Shown in pieces: positions 15,623-25,860 of a stretch of DNA of 64,000 nucleotides. Under the pieces are notes generated by a model. The model was given only the letters and a program-made list of their open reading frames with translations, ran no database searches and was not told where the DNA came from. This DNA is from Candidatus Omnitrophota bacterium (GTDB taxonomy: Bacteria > Omnitrophota > Gorgyraeia > Zapsychrales > Fredricksoniimonadaceae): positions 4,049-68,048 of the forward strand of contig CAIOTT010000022.1 of NCBI GenBank assembly GCA_903861305.1, read 5' to 3'. Position 1 is the stretch's first letter. Every line of letters begins with the position of its first letter. Both the position numbers and the translations under genes were made by a program.

Positions 15623-16007
15623 AGACCTCATACCGCAATTTCTTAAACCGGTCCGCCGCACGGGCGTCCTTGAGCTTCGCGAACTCTTCAAGGACACGCA
15701 ACGACTCCTTGACGCGCTGGGCATTGGCATAATAAATATCACCGACATCGCCACGGCTCGATTCCCGCTTGATCGTCCCGCGGCCGACATCCGTCTTGAT
15801 ATCCCGCGCCGCAACAATATTTTTTAACCCGAACCCGGACACGGCCGCAGTAACGCCATGACGGATCTTCTTGAACCGGGCTGTAACCTTTGGATCATCC
15901 CGAAGGAAACGAAAAATATCCTCGCAGACCCGCAGTCCTTCCTTGGCACGGTTATAATTGGCATCGATCACGCGTTCTATCTGGGGATGTTTCAGGCGAG
16001 AAGGCAT
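15588..16007 (-). CDS. Stand-alone homologue of the N-terminal domain usually fused to ThiE (ThiD2-like, by recollection)
   Basis: RVIDANYNRAKEGLRVCEDIFRFLRDD...RD...DVG...NAQRVKESLRVLEEFAKL...LRYEVYDIEK matches my memory of the N-terminal extension of long ThiE proteins. It overlaps thiE by 35 nt in another frame. Confidence 0.5.
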   Translation of the reverse strand: MPSRLKHPQIERVIDANYNRAKEGLRVCEDIFRFLRDDPKVTARFKKIRHGVTAAVSGFGLKNIVAARDIKTDVGRGTIKRESSRGDVGDIYYANAQRVKESLRVLEEFAKLKDARAADRFKKLRYEVYDIEKETLAKI

Positions 16008-16483
16008 TGCCGCCGGATCTTCTCGATGATACTGGTCGTGGACAAATGATCGATATAAGTGATGAACTCGACGCGGCCGCCGTTGGCCTTGACGGTATCG
16101 CTTCCCGCGACCTCCTTGCCTTTCCAGTCAGCACCCTTGATCAGGACCTCGGGCTTGACCGCCTTGATCAGCGCGGAAGGCGTGGGTTCATCAAAAATAA
16201 CAACAAAATCAACGCACGCCAACCCCGCAAGGACCGCTGCCCGCTGGTCCTGGGGCACGATCGGCCTCTCCGGCCCCTTATTAAGGGAGCGCACCGACAC
16301 GTCACTGTTAAGCCCGACCACAAGGACCCTGTCCTGCTTCTTGGCTGTTTCAAGATAACTCACATGGCCGTAGTGAAGGATGTCAAAGCAGCCGTTGGTA
16401 AAGGCGATACAGCGCCGGCGGCGCAACGATGCCAGCTTCTTGATGAGGACAGGGAGTGTGACGATCTTATCCGAACTTTTCAT
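15992..16483 (-). CDS. rfaE2: D-glycero-beta-D-manno-heptose 1-phosphate adenylyltransferase (RfaE domain II type cytidylyltransferase)
   Basis: FTNGCFDILHYGHVSYL nucleotidyltransferase motif. 163 aa, adjacent to gmhA. Confidence 0.85.
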   Translation of the reverse strand: MKSSDKIVTLPVLIKKLASLRRRRCIAFTNGCFDILHYGHVSYLETAKKQDRVLVVGLNSDVSVRSLNKGPERPIVPQDQRAAVLAGLACVDFVVIFDEPTPSALIKAVKPEVLIKGADWKGKEVAGSDTVKANGGRVEFITYIDHLSTTSIIEKIRRQCLLA

Positions 16484-17049
16484 GGGATGAAAGCGTCCTC
16501 CACGACCTCGCAGATGGCATGAAAGATCGCAATATGGGATTCCTGGATGCGTGCCGTTACCGGAGAAGGAACAACAATACTGATATCAGCGGCCGCGGCG
16601 GCCGGGCCTCCATTACCTCCCGTGAACGCCACGGTCGTAATGCCACGGGCCTTGGCCGTTTCAAAAGCTTTCAGAACGTTCTTTGACTTGCCGCTCGTCG
16701 ATATCCCAAAAGCGACATCGCCCTTGCGTCCCAACCCTTCAAGCTGGCGGGAAAAAACAATATCATAGCTGTAATCATTCGCCAGGCACGTAAGGACCGA
16801 TGTGTCGGTCGTGAGCGCCATAGCGGCCAGGGCGCGGCGCTCCTTCTGGAAGCGGCCGATGAATTCTGCGGCCACATGCTGGCTGTCCGCCGCAGACCCC
16901 CCGTTGCCAAAAAAGAAAAGGGTTCCCCCCGCCTTGAGGCAGTCGATCGACGCCTGCGCCGCCTTCTCTACGGCGCCAATGTTGCTGTCGATCGCCTGCT
17001 GCTTGACGGCAATAGAATCCTGGATAATAGAACGGATCTTGTTTTTCAT
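16480..17049 (-). CDS. gmhA: Phosphoheptose isomerase (SIS domain)
   Basis: Track ORF 16480..17139. The likely start is Met31 (MKNKIRSIIQDS; ATG checked 17047-17049), which avoids overlap with the pfk stop at 17057. FFFGNGGSAADSQHVAAEF, GISTSGKS. Confidence 0.88.
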   Translation of the reverse strand: MKNKIRSIIQDSIAVKQQAIDSNIGAVEKAAQASIDCLKAGGTLFFFGNGGSAADSQHVAAEFIGRFQKERRALAAMALTTDTSVLTCLANDYSYDIVFSRQLEGLGRKGDVAFGISTSGKSKNVLKAFETAKARGITTVAFTGGNGGPAAAAADISIVVPSPVTARIQESHIAIFHAICEVVEDAFIP

Positions 17050-17056
17050 AGGATAC

Positions 17057-18082
17057 TCAATCAGCGCAAAAGACCTGGGCGATCTCATACAGTTCCATAT
17101 CCACCCGCTTGCGCTTGGTAACAGGTTCTTCAAGGTCAACGGACCGGATCTTGTTGTTCTGGTAACTCACCATATGGCCGAACTTCCCGTCCCTGACAAG
17201 TTCAACGGCCTTGACCCCGAACCGCGTCCCCAGGATACGATCAAAAGCCGTCGGCGCCCCGCCGCGCTGGATATAGCCAAGCACGCTGACACGGGTCTCA
17301 TACCCGGTCACATCCTCGATCATATGGGCCAAACGCTCGCCGACACTGCCAAACTTCCTTTTTTCAGGGCCGCTTACAGCCTCGGGATCTGCCTCGGCAT
17401 CGATCCGTGTTCCTTCAGAAATAACAACAATAGAAAAAGATTTCCCGCGGCGATGACGGTTGCGGATGGCATCACAGACCTTGTCCACTTCAACCTTGAT
17501 CTCAGGGATAAGGATCACATCCGCGCCGCCGGCAAGGCCCGCCTCGACCGCGATCCAGCCCGTGTAATACCCCATGACCTCGATGACCATGATGCGGTGA
17601 TGGCTTTCCGCGGTCGTGTGCAAACGGTCGATCTGCTCGGTCGCCACCTGGACCGCCGTATCAAAACCGAACGCGTAATCGGTCCCCGACAGCGCGTTAT
17701 CAATGGATTTCGGTATCCCGACGACCTTGACGACCCCCTGCTTCTGCAATTCAAACGCAACACCGAGGGTCATTTCACCACCGACAGCGATGAGCGCGTC
17801 CATGCCGTTACGCTTGAAATTCTCGCGGATCTTCTCGACATTCTCGTGATTTTTCAAAGGATCCATACGGCTCGTCCCGAGGATGGTGCCGCCGCGGTCC
17901 AGGATCCCGGACACAGCGCGGGTATCAAGGACGCGCGTGTCATTATCGACCAACCCCTGCCACCCGTTCTTGATGCCCGTGATGACATAGCCTTCCTGCA
18001 TGCCCTTGTAGACTACGGCACGGATAACAGCATTCAATCCGGGGCAATCCGCCCCGCCTGTAAGGATGCCGATCTTTTTCAT
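17057..18082 (-). CDS. pfk: 6-phosphofructokinase (group III-like; phosphoryl donor uncertain)
   Basis: MKKIGILTGGADCPGLNAVIRAVV, VGIPKSIDN, MGYYTGW. Unusual GGEMT in place of GGDGS/GGDDT. Confidence 0.9.
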   Translation of the reverse strand: MKKIGILTGGADCPGLNAVIRAVVYKGMQEGYVITGIKNGWQGLVDNDTRVLDTRAVSGILDRGGTILGTSRMDPLKNHENVEKIRENFKRNGMDALIAVGGEMTLGVAFELQKQGVVKVVGIPKSIDNALSGTDYAFGFDTAVQVATEQIDRLHTTAESHHRIMVIEVMGYYTGWIAVEAGLAGGADVILIPEIKVEVDKVCDAIRNRHRRGKSFSIVVISEGTRIDAEADPEAVSGPEKRKFGSVGERLAHMIEDVTGYETRVSVLGYIQRGGAPTAFDRILGTRFGVKAVELVRDGKFGHMVSYQNNKIRSVDLEEPVTKRKRVDMELYEIAQVFCAD

Positions 18083-18098
18083 GGGTGTGATCTCTTCC

Positions 18099-18707
18099 TC
18101 AAGCCCTGTAACCGTGGAACGGGACAGAACTTAGGCCCGCCTGATCGTCGACATCATTCCCCCGGCCCTTGCGGACCGCGTCAGTGGCGATCTTGACGAC
18201 ATGGACGCTGATATTGACCTGTTCGTCGTTACCGATGACATCCTGGATCTTGCGTTTAATGAGGCTCTGCAGCTCCGCGGTCATTTCAGGGATGTTCACA
18301 TCCGAATGAAGGACCAGGCGTATGTCCACGTCCAGACCGTTCTTTGTTGAGGCGATATTCGGACGGATCTCCTTGATCTGCGGCGTATGCACTACGACAC
18401 GGCGGATAAGGTCTTCAATGGCTGACAGCGAAATGGTGACGCGGCCGAGCGGATTCTCAAAATGGATCAAACGCTCCTGCTGCTGGCGGCCAAAAATGAT
18501 ACGTGCCAGGACAAGGCTTGTCAGCATGATGGTCGCGATCACAACAGCGGTCAGCATGCCCGCCTTGCTGTCAACATAAATGAATCTGACAAGGTTCAAA
18601 TACTGGTAGAAATCAATGACGTGGGCCAAAACCAGAAGCGCGGTCACTCCTGCCAGCGTGATCACAAACACGTAAAAGAATATCGCCAACCGGATAAAAA
18701 AATTCAT
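18099..18707 (-). CDS. amaP: Alkaline shock response membrane anchor protein (AmaP-like)
   Basis: Two N-terminal TM helices followed by a soluble domain. Sits directly downstream of an Asp23 gene, the usual pairing. Confidence 0.55.
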   Translation of the reverse strand: MNFFIRLAIFFYVFVITLAGVTALLVLAHVIDFYQYLNLVRFIYVDSKAGMLTAVVIATIMLTSLVLARIIFGRQQQERLIHFENPLGRVTISLSAIEDLIRRVVVHTPQIKEIRPNIASTKNGLDVDIRLVLHSDVNIPEMTAELQSLIKRKIQDVIGNDEQVNISVHVVKIATDAVRKGRGNDVDDQAGLSSVPFHGYRA

Positions 18708-18710
18708 GGG

Positions 18711-19061
18711 TCAACCCCTTTCAATGCCCTGGATGCTCACATCCACATCTTTCAGATTTATGTCCGCCATCTTTTCAACAGCGGTCATGACGACATCCTG
18801 GACCCGGCGGGAAACATCCGCGAGGTTGATCCCGTAACGCACAAGGACCTTTACCACGACACTGACCTGGCCGGCCGCATCGACCCTGACCTCGACCGCG
18901 GAATTCTTGCGGACGCCAAAAACAGCGCAAATATCTTCCAGAGGAACGTTGCGCGCCATGAAAACACCGTCGATCTCCATCACCGCAGCCACGCAAATAT
19001 CCGCGATCACACGCTTATGCACCTGGATAATGCCAAGATTGATCTTGTTCTCAGGTCTCAT
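18711..19061 (-). CDS. Asp23/Gls24 family envelope stress protein
   Basis: 116 aa. GIIQVHKRVIADICVAAVMEIDGV and the VEVRVD...VVVKVLVRYG pattern of the Asp23 family. Confidence 0.8.
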   Translation of the reverse strand: MRPENKINLGIIQVHKRVIADICVAAVMEIDGVFMARNVPLEDICAVFGVRKNSAVEVRVDAAGQVSVVVKVLVRYGINLADVSRRVQDVVMTAVEKMADINLKDVDVSIQGIERG

Positions 19062-19067
19062 GGGATC

Positions 19068-20417
<1,350 letters not shown>

Positions 20418-20439
20418 AAGAGGTCTCTTGGTTTCTAAA

Positions 20440-20892
20440 TCACTTCGCCGGGTCAACACGGAACAGGACCTGGCCGAACTCTACCGGTTCGGTATTGTCC
20501 ACGCAGATCTCGACCACCTTGCCGCGAACCTCTGACTTGATCTCGTTCATGAGCTTCATGGCCTCAACAATGCAGACGACCTGCCCTATCTCGACCGTTT
20601 GGCCGATCTCCACGAACGGGGCCGCTTCTGGCGAAGGCGCACGGTAAAACGTGCCCACCATCGGTGACTTGACGTCTTTGGATGTGCTGGATGCCGCCGG
20701 AGCCGTTTGCGCCGCGGGAAGTTCTGCCGCCCTCATGGCCGCAGCAGGGATGGAAGGGACCGAATACACAGCTGGCGCGTGTTCGACCGCCTTCTTCAGT
20801 TTTATCACCGTTCCGTCATGTTCAAGCTCAAGCTCGGCCAACCCATGCTCGTTCATCAGATCGATCATCTCTTTGACTTCTTTTAAATTCAT
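20440..20892 (-). CDS. accB: Biotin carboxyl carrier protein of acetyl-CoA carboxylase
   Basis: Biotinylation motif [10 protein letters not shown]. Ala/Pro-rich linker. Confidence 0.92.
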   Translation of the reverse strand: MNLKEVKEMIDLMNEHGLAELELEHDGTVIKLKKAVEHAPAVYSVPSIPAAAMRAAELPAAQTAPAASSTSKDVKSPMVGTFYRAPSPEAAPFVEIGQTVEIGQVVCIVEAMKLMNEIKSEVRGKVVEICVDNTEPVEFGQVLFRVDPAK

Positions 20893-21458
20893 CGTTTCAC
20901 CCTTTCGACGTATTCCCCGGTGCGCGTGTCGATCTTGATATCTTCATCGACATTCACGAACAGCGGAACGAGGACAGTTGCGCCCGTCTCGATCGTGGCA
21001 GGCTTGGTGTTTGACTTCGTTGAATCACCCTTGACCCCGGGTTCGGTGCTGACGATCTTGGTAACAATGAAATTCGGCATCGCGACCTTAAGGACCTTAT
21101 CCTGGTAGACGAAGCCGCTGATCTCCATGTTGTCCATCAAGAATTTTACCACATTCTCACCCAATTCATCACTGGAAACACGATGTTCTTCGAAGGTGGT
21201 CTGATCCATGAAATGATACATACCATCCGCGTTATATAAATACTGCAACCGGCGCTCTTCAAGCGGGATATCTTCCAGCGTCTCCGCGGAACGATATGTC
21301 CGTTCGACCGTATTACCACTCTTAAGATAACGCAGCCGGATACGGACAAATGCGCTCCCTTTGCCCGGCTTCACATGGCTGAAATCCACGATGGTACATA
21401 TCTCTCCATCAACTTTCAATGCCATCCCTTTTTCAACTTCATTGATCGTGATTGACAC
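20889..21458 (-). CDS. efp: Elongation factor P
   Basis: 189 aa. SHVKPGKGSAFVRIRLRYLKSGN (KPGKG loop). Confidence 0.95.
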   Translation of the reverse strand: MSITINEVEKGMALKVDGEICTIVDFSHVKPGKGSAFVRIRLRYLKSGNTVERTYRSAETLEDIPLEERRLQYLYNADGMYHFMDQTTFEEHRVSSDELGENVVKFLMDNMEISGFVYQDKVLKVAMPNFIVTKIVSTEPGVKGDSTKSNTKPATIETGATVLVPLFVNVDEDIKIDTRTGEYVERVKR

Positions 21459-22509
21459 TTAAGACCTCACATCCTTTTTTGGTTACAAGGACCATTTCTT
21501 CACAACGGATCCCGTATTCTCCGGGAAAATAAACACCAGGTTCAACCGTAAAGACCATGTTTTCCACAAGGATCGTCTCATTGCTGAGCGATATCCTTGG
21601 GGCTTCATGCACTTCAAGCCCTACACCATGCCCCAGCGAATGAGAGAACTTTTCCGCCAGGCCATGCTTCCTTAGAAAATTCCGCGCCGCGGCATCCACA
21701 TCTTTAGCCATCACACCTGGCCGGATCACGTTGAACGCCTGCTGCTGGGCATCCCGGACAAGTGCCAGGTTATTTTTGTAAGAGGGCGGCATTCTACCCA
21801 AAAAGAACATACGTGTCAAGTCTGACTTGTAGCCTTTCAGATCCATCCCTAAGTCTATGAGAACAGGATCGTTATGACGCAAGCGACGGTCTGTAACACG
21901 CGCATGCGGATAGGATGAATTCGAACCTGAAGCAATGATCGGATCGAAGGCGAAAGAAATGCCTTTAGCACGAATAAATGTTTCGAACTGGTTCAGTATC
22001 TCGCGTTCACTCACGCCAGGCCTGACCCATGGCTTGATCATCTCATAGGCTTCAAGATCCAGCGCCAAAGACTTTCGCATGAGCCTGAGCTCTTCCTTGT
22101 CTTTGATCATCCGCAGGGATCCAACAGCCATGTCCGCCGAAATGAGCTTTATCTTATTCTTGCAGAATGACTTAAGACGATTATAGCCATAAACTGTCAA
22201 ATGCCGCTCGTTCAACGCCAGGGACCGGACATTCTCTCGTTCACAGCAATGAAAAACCTCTTCAAAACAGGATCGTGTGAACTCAACAGGTGTGACCCCC
22301 TGGACATTCTTTCGAACAGCTTCTATATAGCGGCCATCCGTAATATAATAAACGTTCTCTGCCGTTACGAGGAGCCAGGCATCCAGGGCCTCATACTTGA
22401 GCAGATAACGGATGTCCACTGGATCGCTAACAAAAATAGCGTCCAATCCTGATATCTTAAGGCTGGCGGTCAGCGCGCGGATCCGTTCACAGGAGGACAT
22501 GACGGTCAA
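21439..22509 (-). CDS. M24B family Xaa-Pro aminopeptidase
   Basis: Metal ligands in order: [41 protein letters not shown]. Typical aroQ-pepP-efp neighbourhood. Confidence 0.85.
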   Translation of the reverse strand: MTVMSSCERIRALTASLKISGLDAIFVSDPVDIRYLLKYEALDAWLLVTAENVYYITDGRYIEAVRKNVQGVTPVEFTRSCFEEVFHCCERENVRSLALNERHLTVYGYNRLKSFCKNKIKLISADMAVGSLRMIKDKEELRLMRKSLALDLEAYEMIKPWVRPGVSEREILNQFETFIRAKGISFAFDPIIASGSNSSYPHARVTDRRLRHNDPVLIDLGMDLKGYKSDLTRMFFLGRMPPSYKNNLALVRDAQQQAFNVIRPGVMAKDVDAAARNFLRKHGLAEKFSHSLGHGVGLEVHEAPRISLSNETILVENMVFTVEPGVYFPGEYGIRCEEMVLVTKKGCEVLSVNHDQ

Positions 22510-22946
22510 GCTTTCAAAAGCCGGATAGCTGCCAGAAGACCTAATTCGTAGCTCTGGGGACCAAAACCGCTCACCTGACCCTGACAGACAGGTGCGATCA
22601 TCGAATTATGGCGAAATTCTTCACGCTTGTAAATGTTCGATAAATGCACCTCGACAGCAGGCACATTAACACCGGCCAGCGCATCGCGGATGGCAATGCT
22701 GCTGTGCGTATAAGCGGCAGGATTGATGAGAATAGCGCCAAAACCTTCCTCCCTGGCCTTGCCGATGGCATCGACAATATCCCCCTCGTGGTTCGACTGA
22801 AGAAAGACCAGTTGGACACCTTTTTCCACCGCGATCTTTCCCAGGCTGGCATTGATATCCGTCAGGGTGACCGAACCGTAAATGGAAGTTTCGCGCTGGC
22901 CGAGCAAATTCAAATTAGGCCCATGGATAACAAGGATCTTTGTCAT
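22506..22946 (-). CDS. aroQ: Type II 3-dehydroquinate dehydratase
   Basis: [46 protein letters not shown]. Confidence 0.93.
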   Translation of the reverse strand: MTKILVIHGPNLNLLGQRETSIYGSVTLTDINASLGKIAVEKGVQLVFLQSNHEGDIVDAIGKAREEGFGAILINPAAYTHSSIAIRDALAGVNVPAVEVHLSNIYKREEFRHNSMIAPVCQGQVSGFGPQSYELGLLAAIRLLKA

Positions 22947-22972
22947 ACTGCCTCCATTATCGACATTGCTTC

Positions 22973-23137
22973 TCAGGACTTGACCGCCTCATCCACCAGC
23001 ATCACGGGGATGCCGTCACGGATCGGATATGTCAATGCGCATGGCGCGTTGGTGCAAACGATCCGGCCATCCTTTTCAATGACATCCGACTGGCAGGCCG
23101 GGCAGGCCAGGATCGACAACAACAAAGGATCGATCAT
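22973..23137 (-). CDS. Trm112/YcaR (UPF0434) family zinc-ribbon protein, 54 aa (below the track cutoff)
   Basis: Hand translation: [57 protein letters not shown] at 23135-23137 shares ATGA with the upstream gene's stop. Stop tca at 22973-22975. Confidence 0.8.
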   Translation of the reverse strand: MIDPLLLSILACPACQSDVIEKDGRIVCTNAPCALTYPIRDGIPVMLVDEAVKS

Positions 23138-23562
23138 GAAATGATCTTCTTTTCCTTGCCGGCCACTTCAACGAATTTCATCTGCAACTCATACGCTGTG
23201 CCGTCGATGAAGGCCTGTTCCTGATCCGTAAGATTCCCTTTGGTCTTCTCCTTGAGCATCAGCAAAGTGTCAATGATGAACTTGGCCTGGCGTATGTTCT
23301 TCTCGCTCTTGCCTGTCATCGGATTGGGGATCTCACCCAGGAATATCATGGCCTGATACCCCATGGACGTCATATAGGTAAAAAAGTTGACCGGTATCTC
23401 AGCCTCGGGCCCTTCCTCCGCAGACGCCTCGCCTTCACTGCAGCCGCAGCTGTCCCCATGCGCTTCATGGCCGTGACAACCGCAACCATCCGCCGGGTTC
23501 CCTGACTTTTCATTGGCCACAGCGTCTTTCCAGGATTCATCGACAAACTTATCATCACTCAT
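23134..23562 (-). CDS. DUF1844-like protein with an inserted Cys/His cluster
   Basis: VNFFTYMTSMGYQAMIFLGEIPNP.TG......RQAKFIIDTLLMLKEKTKGNL matches my memory of DUF1844. The N-terminal region has GCGCHGHEAHGDSCGC. Confidence 0.6.
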   Translation of the reverse strand: MSDDKFVDESWKDAVANEKSGNPADGCGCHGHEAHGDSCGCSEGEASAEEGPEAEIPVNFFTYMTSMGYQAMIFLGEIPNPMTGKSEKNIRQAKFIIDTLLMLKEKTKGNLTDQEQAFIDGTAYELQMKFVEVAGKEKKIIS

Positions 23563-23616
23563 GTTTTTTCCTTTTTTTGAAGTTCAAGATAGCACATCCC
23601 GGCTCAATCGGGCAAA

Positions 23617-24309
23617 TCATTCTTCCTTATACTGGAAAGAAATGGACACGTTAAACGTCAACTCAGGATAATTCAGGTCTTTCGGGAAAGGCGGGAACGG
23701 CGCACCTTCCTGCACGCTCTTGAGGCCCACATCCCGCAGGAACCCGTTCGCCGCGCTTTTGGACTCGAGGACCTGAAGCCCCGAAAGCGATCCGTCAGAT
23801 TTTATCACGAACGTCACGAAAACCTCGCCCATGCTGAGCTTGGTGTAATTGCTGTAAGCCCGGTCACGGATACGGTCACGCACGATCTGATAATACGTGA
23901 CATACGAAGGCGTATTGATCTTGTCCGACTTGAGCATCGGAACGGATACTTCCTTGGTGACCTTGACACCCTTAAGCCTTTCAGGTTTTCGCTCGAACAT
24001 CTGGACATTGTCCATGGCGCCGGGTTCTTCGGAGAAGGCGTCCGGCCGCGGCGGCTGGGGAACTTTGCCGTTATCAGGAAGTTTGACAGCTTCAACAAGC
24101 TTGTCCATCTGACTGGGCAGAGGCACCGCGACCATGGGCTGATCCCGCGGCGCAGGTTGGGGCTTGACGATACTGCAGAATACTTCCGACGGCTTCTTCC
24201 AGAGATCTTCACCATGACGGGTAATAAAGAAATGTGTAATGAACACGGCGTGGATCGCCAGGGATATGATGACCGCATAATAAAAGAATCTGTCACCCAT
24301 AGAGTGCAT
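23617..24309 (-). CDS. TonB-like energy transducer family protein
   Basis: N-terminal TM anchor (FFYYAVIISLAIHAVFITHFF), Pro-rich middle (PQPAPRDQP...PQPPRPD) and a C-terminal TonB_C-like segment (GEVFVTFVIKSDGSLSGLQVLESKS...PFPPFP). Confidence 0.55.
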   Translation of the reverse strand: MHSMGDRFFYYAVIISLAIHAVFITHFFITRHGEDLWKKPSEVFCSIVKPQPAPRDQPMVAVPLPSQMDKLVEAVKLPDNGKVPQPPRPDAFSEEPGAMDNVQMFERKPERLKGVKVTKEVSVPMLKSDKINTPSYVTYYQIVRDRIRDRAYSNYTKLSMGEVFVTFVIKSDGSLSGLQVLESKSAANGFLRDVGLKSVQEGAPFPPFPKDLNYPELTFNVSISFQYKEE

Positions 24310-24317
24310 CCACCCCG

Positions 24318-24989
24318 TTACTTGACGAACATTTCCCGCACGATATACACGATGAACCGCGCTGTATCAAAGAACGGGTTGATCTTGCTGACCTCTGCCC
24401 CGTAGATCGTCTTAACGGGGACCGAAGCGATGCGGTAGTGCTTCTTGCTGGCCTTGATAAGGACCTCTGACTCGATCTCGAATGCCGACGATGAAAGCTG
24501 GATATTGCGCAGGACCTCGCAGCGTATCAGGCGGTAGCCGCACTGGGTGTCATATATCTTCTGACGGCACACCAAAGAGATCAGCGTCGACATGATCTTG
24601 TTGGTGAGAAAGCGCACGAACGGCATGCCCTGGTGGTCCTTCATGCGATTGCCGCAAATAATGTCCGGCTTCTTGTCATTAAAAAAGTGGATGAACGCGT
24701 CAAGGTCCTCGACCGCGTGCTGACCGTCGGAATCCATGGTGATCAGTGCATCATAATCCAGGCTGATGATATGATCGAACCCGCGCTGAAGCGAAAATCC
24801 CTTGCCCTGATTCTTGAAATTCACAAGCACCGTGGCACCCGCGTCCCGGGCGCGCTGAGCGGAATCATCACTGGAGCCGTCGTCGATCACAAAAACATCA
24901 AGGCCCATGGCCCTGACACCTTTGACAACATCCGCGATGGTCCTCGCCTCGTTATGCGCGGGGATTAGAATGCATATTTTCGAATTCAA
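24318..24989 (-). CDS. Family 2 glycosyltransferase (polyprenol-phosphate sugar synthase-like)
   Basis: ICILIPAHNEARTIADVV, VFVIDDGSSDDS, TMDSDGQH (DxD). The track start 25052 is a TTG and there is no in-frame ATG. I prefer TTG at 24989, which has AGGGAG 7 nt upstream (24997-25002). The start is uncertain. Confidence 0.8.
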   Translation of the reverse strand: MNSKICILIPAHNEARTIADVVKGVRAMGLDVFVIDDGSSDDSAQRARDAGATVLVNFKNQGKGFSLQRGFDHIISLDYDALITMDSDGQHAVEDLDAFIHFFNDKKPDIICGNRMKDHQGMPFVRFLTNKIMSTLISLVCRQKIYDTQCGYRLIRCEVLRNIQLSSSAFEIESEVLIKASKKHYRIASVPVKTIYGAEVSKINPFFDTARFIVYIVREMFVK

Positions 24990-25860
24990 CGCCAAACTCC
25001 CTGAACATGAGCCATTGTGTCGGATCTTCCTTGATCTTTTTCTCAATAACAACCACGTAGCGTCTCATCAACTCCAGCACGGCCGCATCGTCGCCACCCT
25101 CGGGTGGAAAGATCGGCTCTTCAAAGCACATGGAAAACCGCCCGTTGCCCTGGGGTATCAAAAAACACGGGATCACAGGGGCTCCCGTACGGCAGGAAAA
25201 GAATGCCGCCCCCTTGGGGATCAGTGTTTTTCTCCCAAAAAAATCCAGCGGCTCCCCGAAAGAACCAAAATCGCGATCCCCGAGAACAGCGATAAAATTA
25301 CCTTTACGCAGGGCCCCCAGACAACGGCGCACCGCCATATTCGTCGGGACCACGGTGGCCCCGTGCGCTTCACGCTGACGGTTGAACAGCACATTCACCT
25401 TGGAGTTCTTGTGCGGCAACGCAATGACGGTCACCGGAAAACCAAGCTTATCCAGCACAGCCGCACCCATTTCCCAGTTGCCCACATGCGCGGTAAGCAT
25501 GATACCCCCTTTGCCATACGCGGCAACGGTGTCAAGATACTGCCGGCCGATCAGGGTCACTTCATTTTTTACGAAATCATGGTCCACCGTCTTGTACATC
25601 AAAAAGAAGTCGGTCAAATAACGCCCGAAATTCAGAAAAACCTTGAGCGCCTCCTGTGTCAGGTCGTCCTGGCGCCCCGTGATCTGGCGAAGGTTATGGA
25701 TGACCGACTCCCGGTCTCTCAACGAAAACCGAAAATGAAGCCTTGCCACGAATTCCGCGAACCGGTAAGCCCAACCGCGCGGAACAAGGTGGATGATGAA
25801 AAGCCCTGATTTATATAGCCAGTACTGGATCATACCCTGCGACAAGCCGCGCCACTTCAT
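24952..25860 (-). CDS. LpxL/HtrB-family lysophospholipid/lipid A-type acyltransferase
   Basis: Membrane-anchoring N-terminus, LTAHVGNWEMG (HX4D/E-type region). About 300 aa. The track start 25869 is TTG; ATGs are at 25860 and 25833. Confidence 0.8.
   Translation of the reverse strand: MKWRGLSQGMIQYWLYKSGLFIIHLVPRGWAYRFAEFVARLHFRFSLRDRESVIHNLRQITGRQDDLTQEALKVFLNFGRYLTDFFLMYKTVDHDFVKNEVTLIGRQYLDTVAAYGKGGIMLTAHVGNWEMGAAVLDKLGFPVTVIALPHKNSKVNVLFNRQREAHGATVVPTNMAVRRCLGALRKGNFIAVLGDRDFGSFGEPLDFFGRKTLIPKGAAFFSCRTGAPVIPCFLIPQGNGRFSMCFEEPIFPPEGGDDAAVLELMRRYVVVIEKKIKEDPTQWLMFREFGVEFENMHSNPRA

Noticed and set aside
16802-18196. 464-aa plus-strand ORF antisense to gmhA and pfk.
   Set aside because: Same shadow-ORF explanation. 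The opposite-strand genes have unambiguous catalytic motifs.
22644-23224. Plus-strand ORFs 22644-23144 (166 aa) and 22940-23224 (94 aa).
   Set aside because: They are antisense to aroQ, the Trm112-like gene and the DUF1844 gene, all of which have clear family signatures.
24907-25809. 300-aa plus-strand ORF antisense to the LpxL-like acyltransferase. Similar ones are at 62001-62909 (antisense tyrS) and 35215-35964 (antisense adk/map).
   Set aside because: Shadow ORFs of motif-supported genes.
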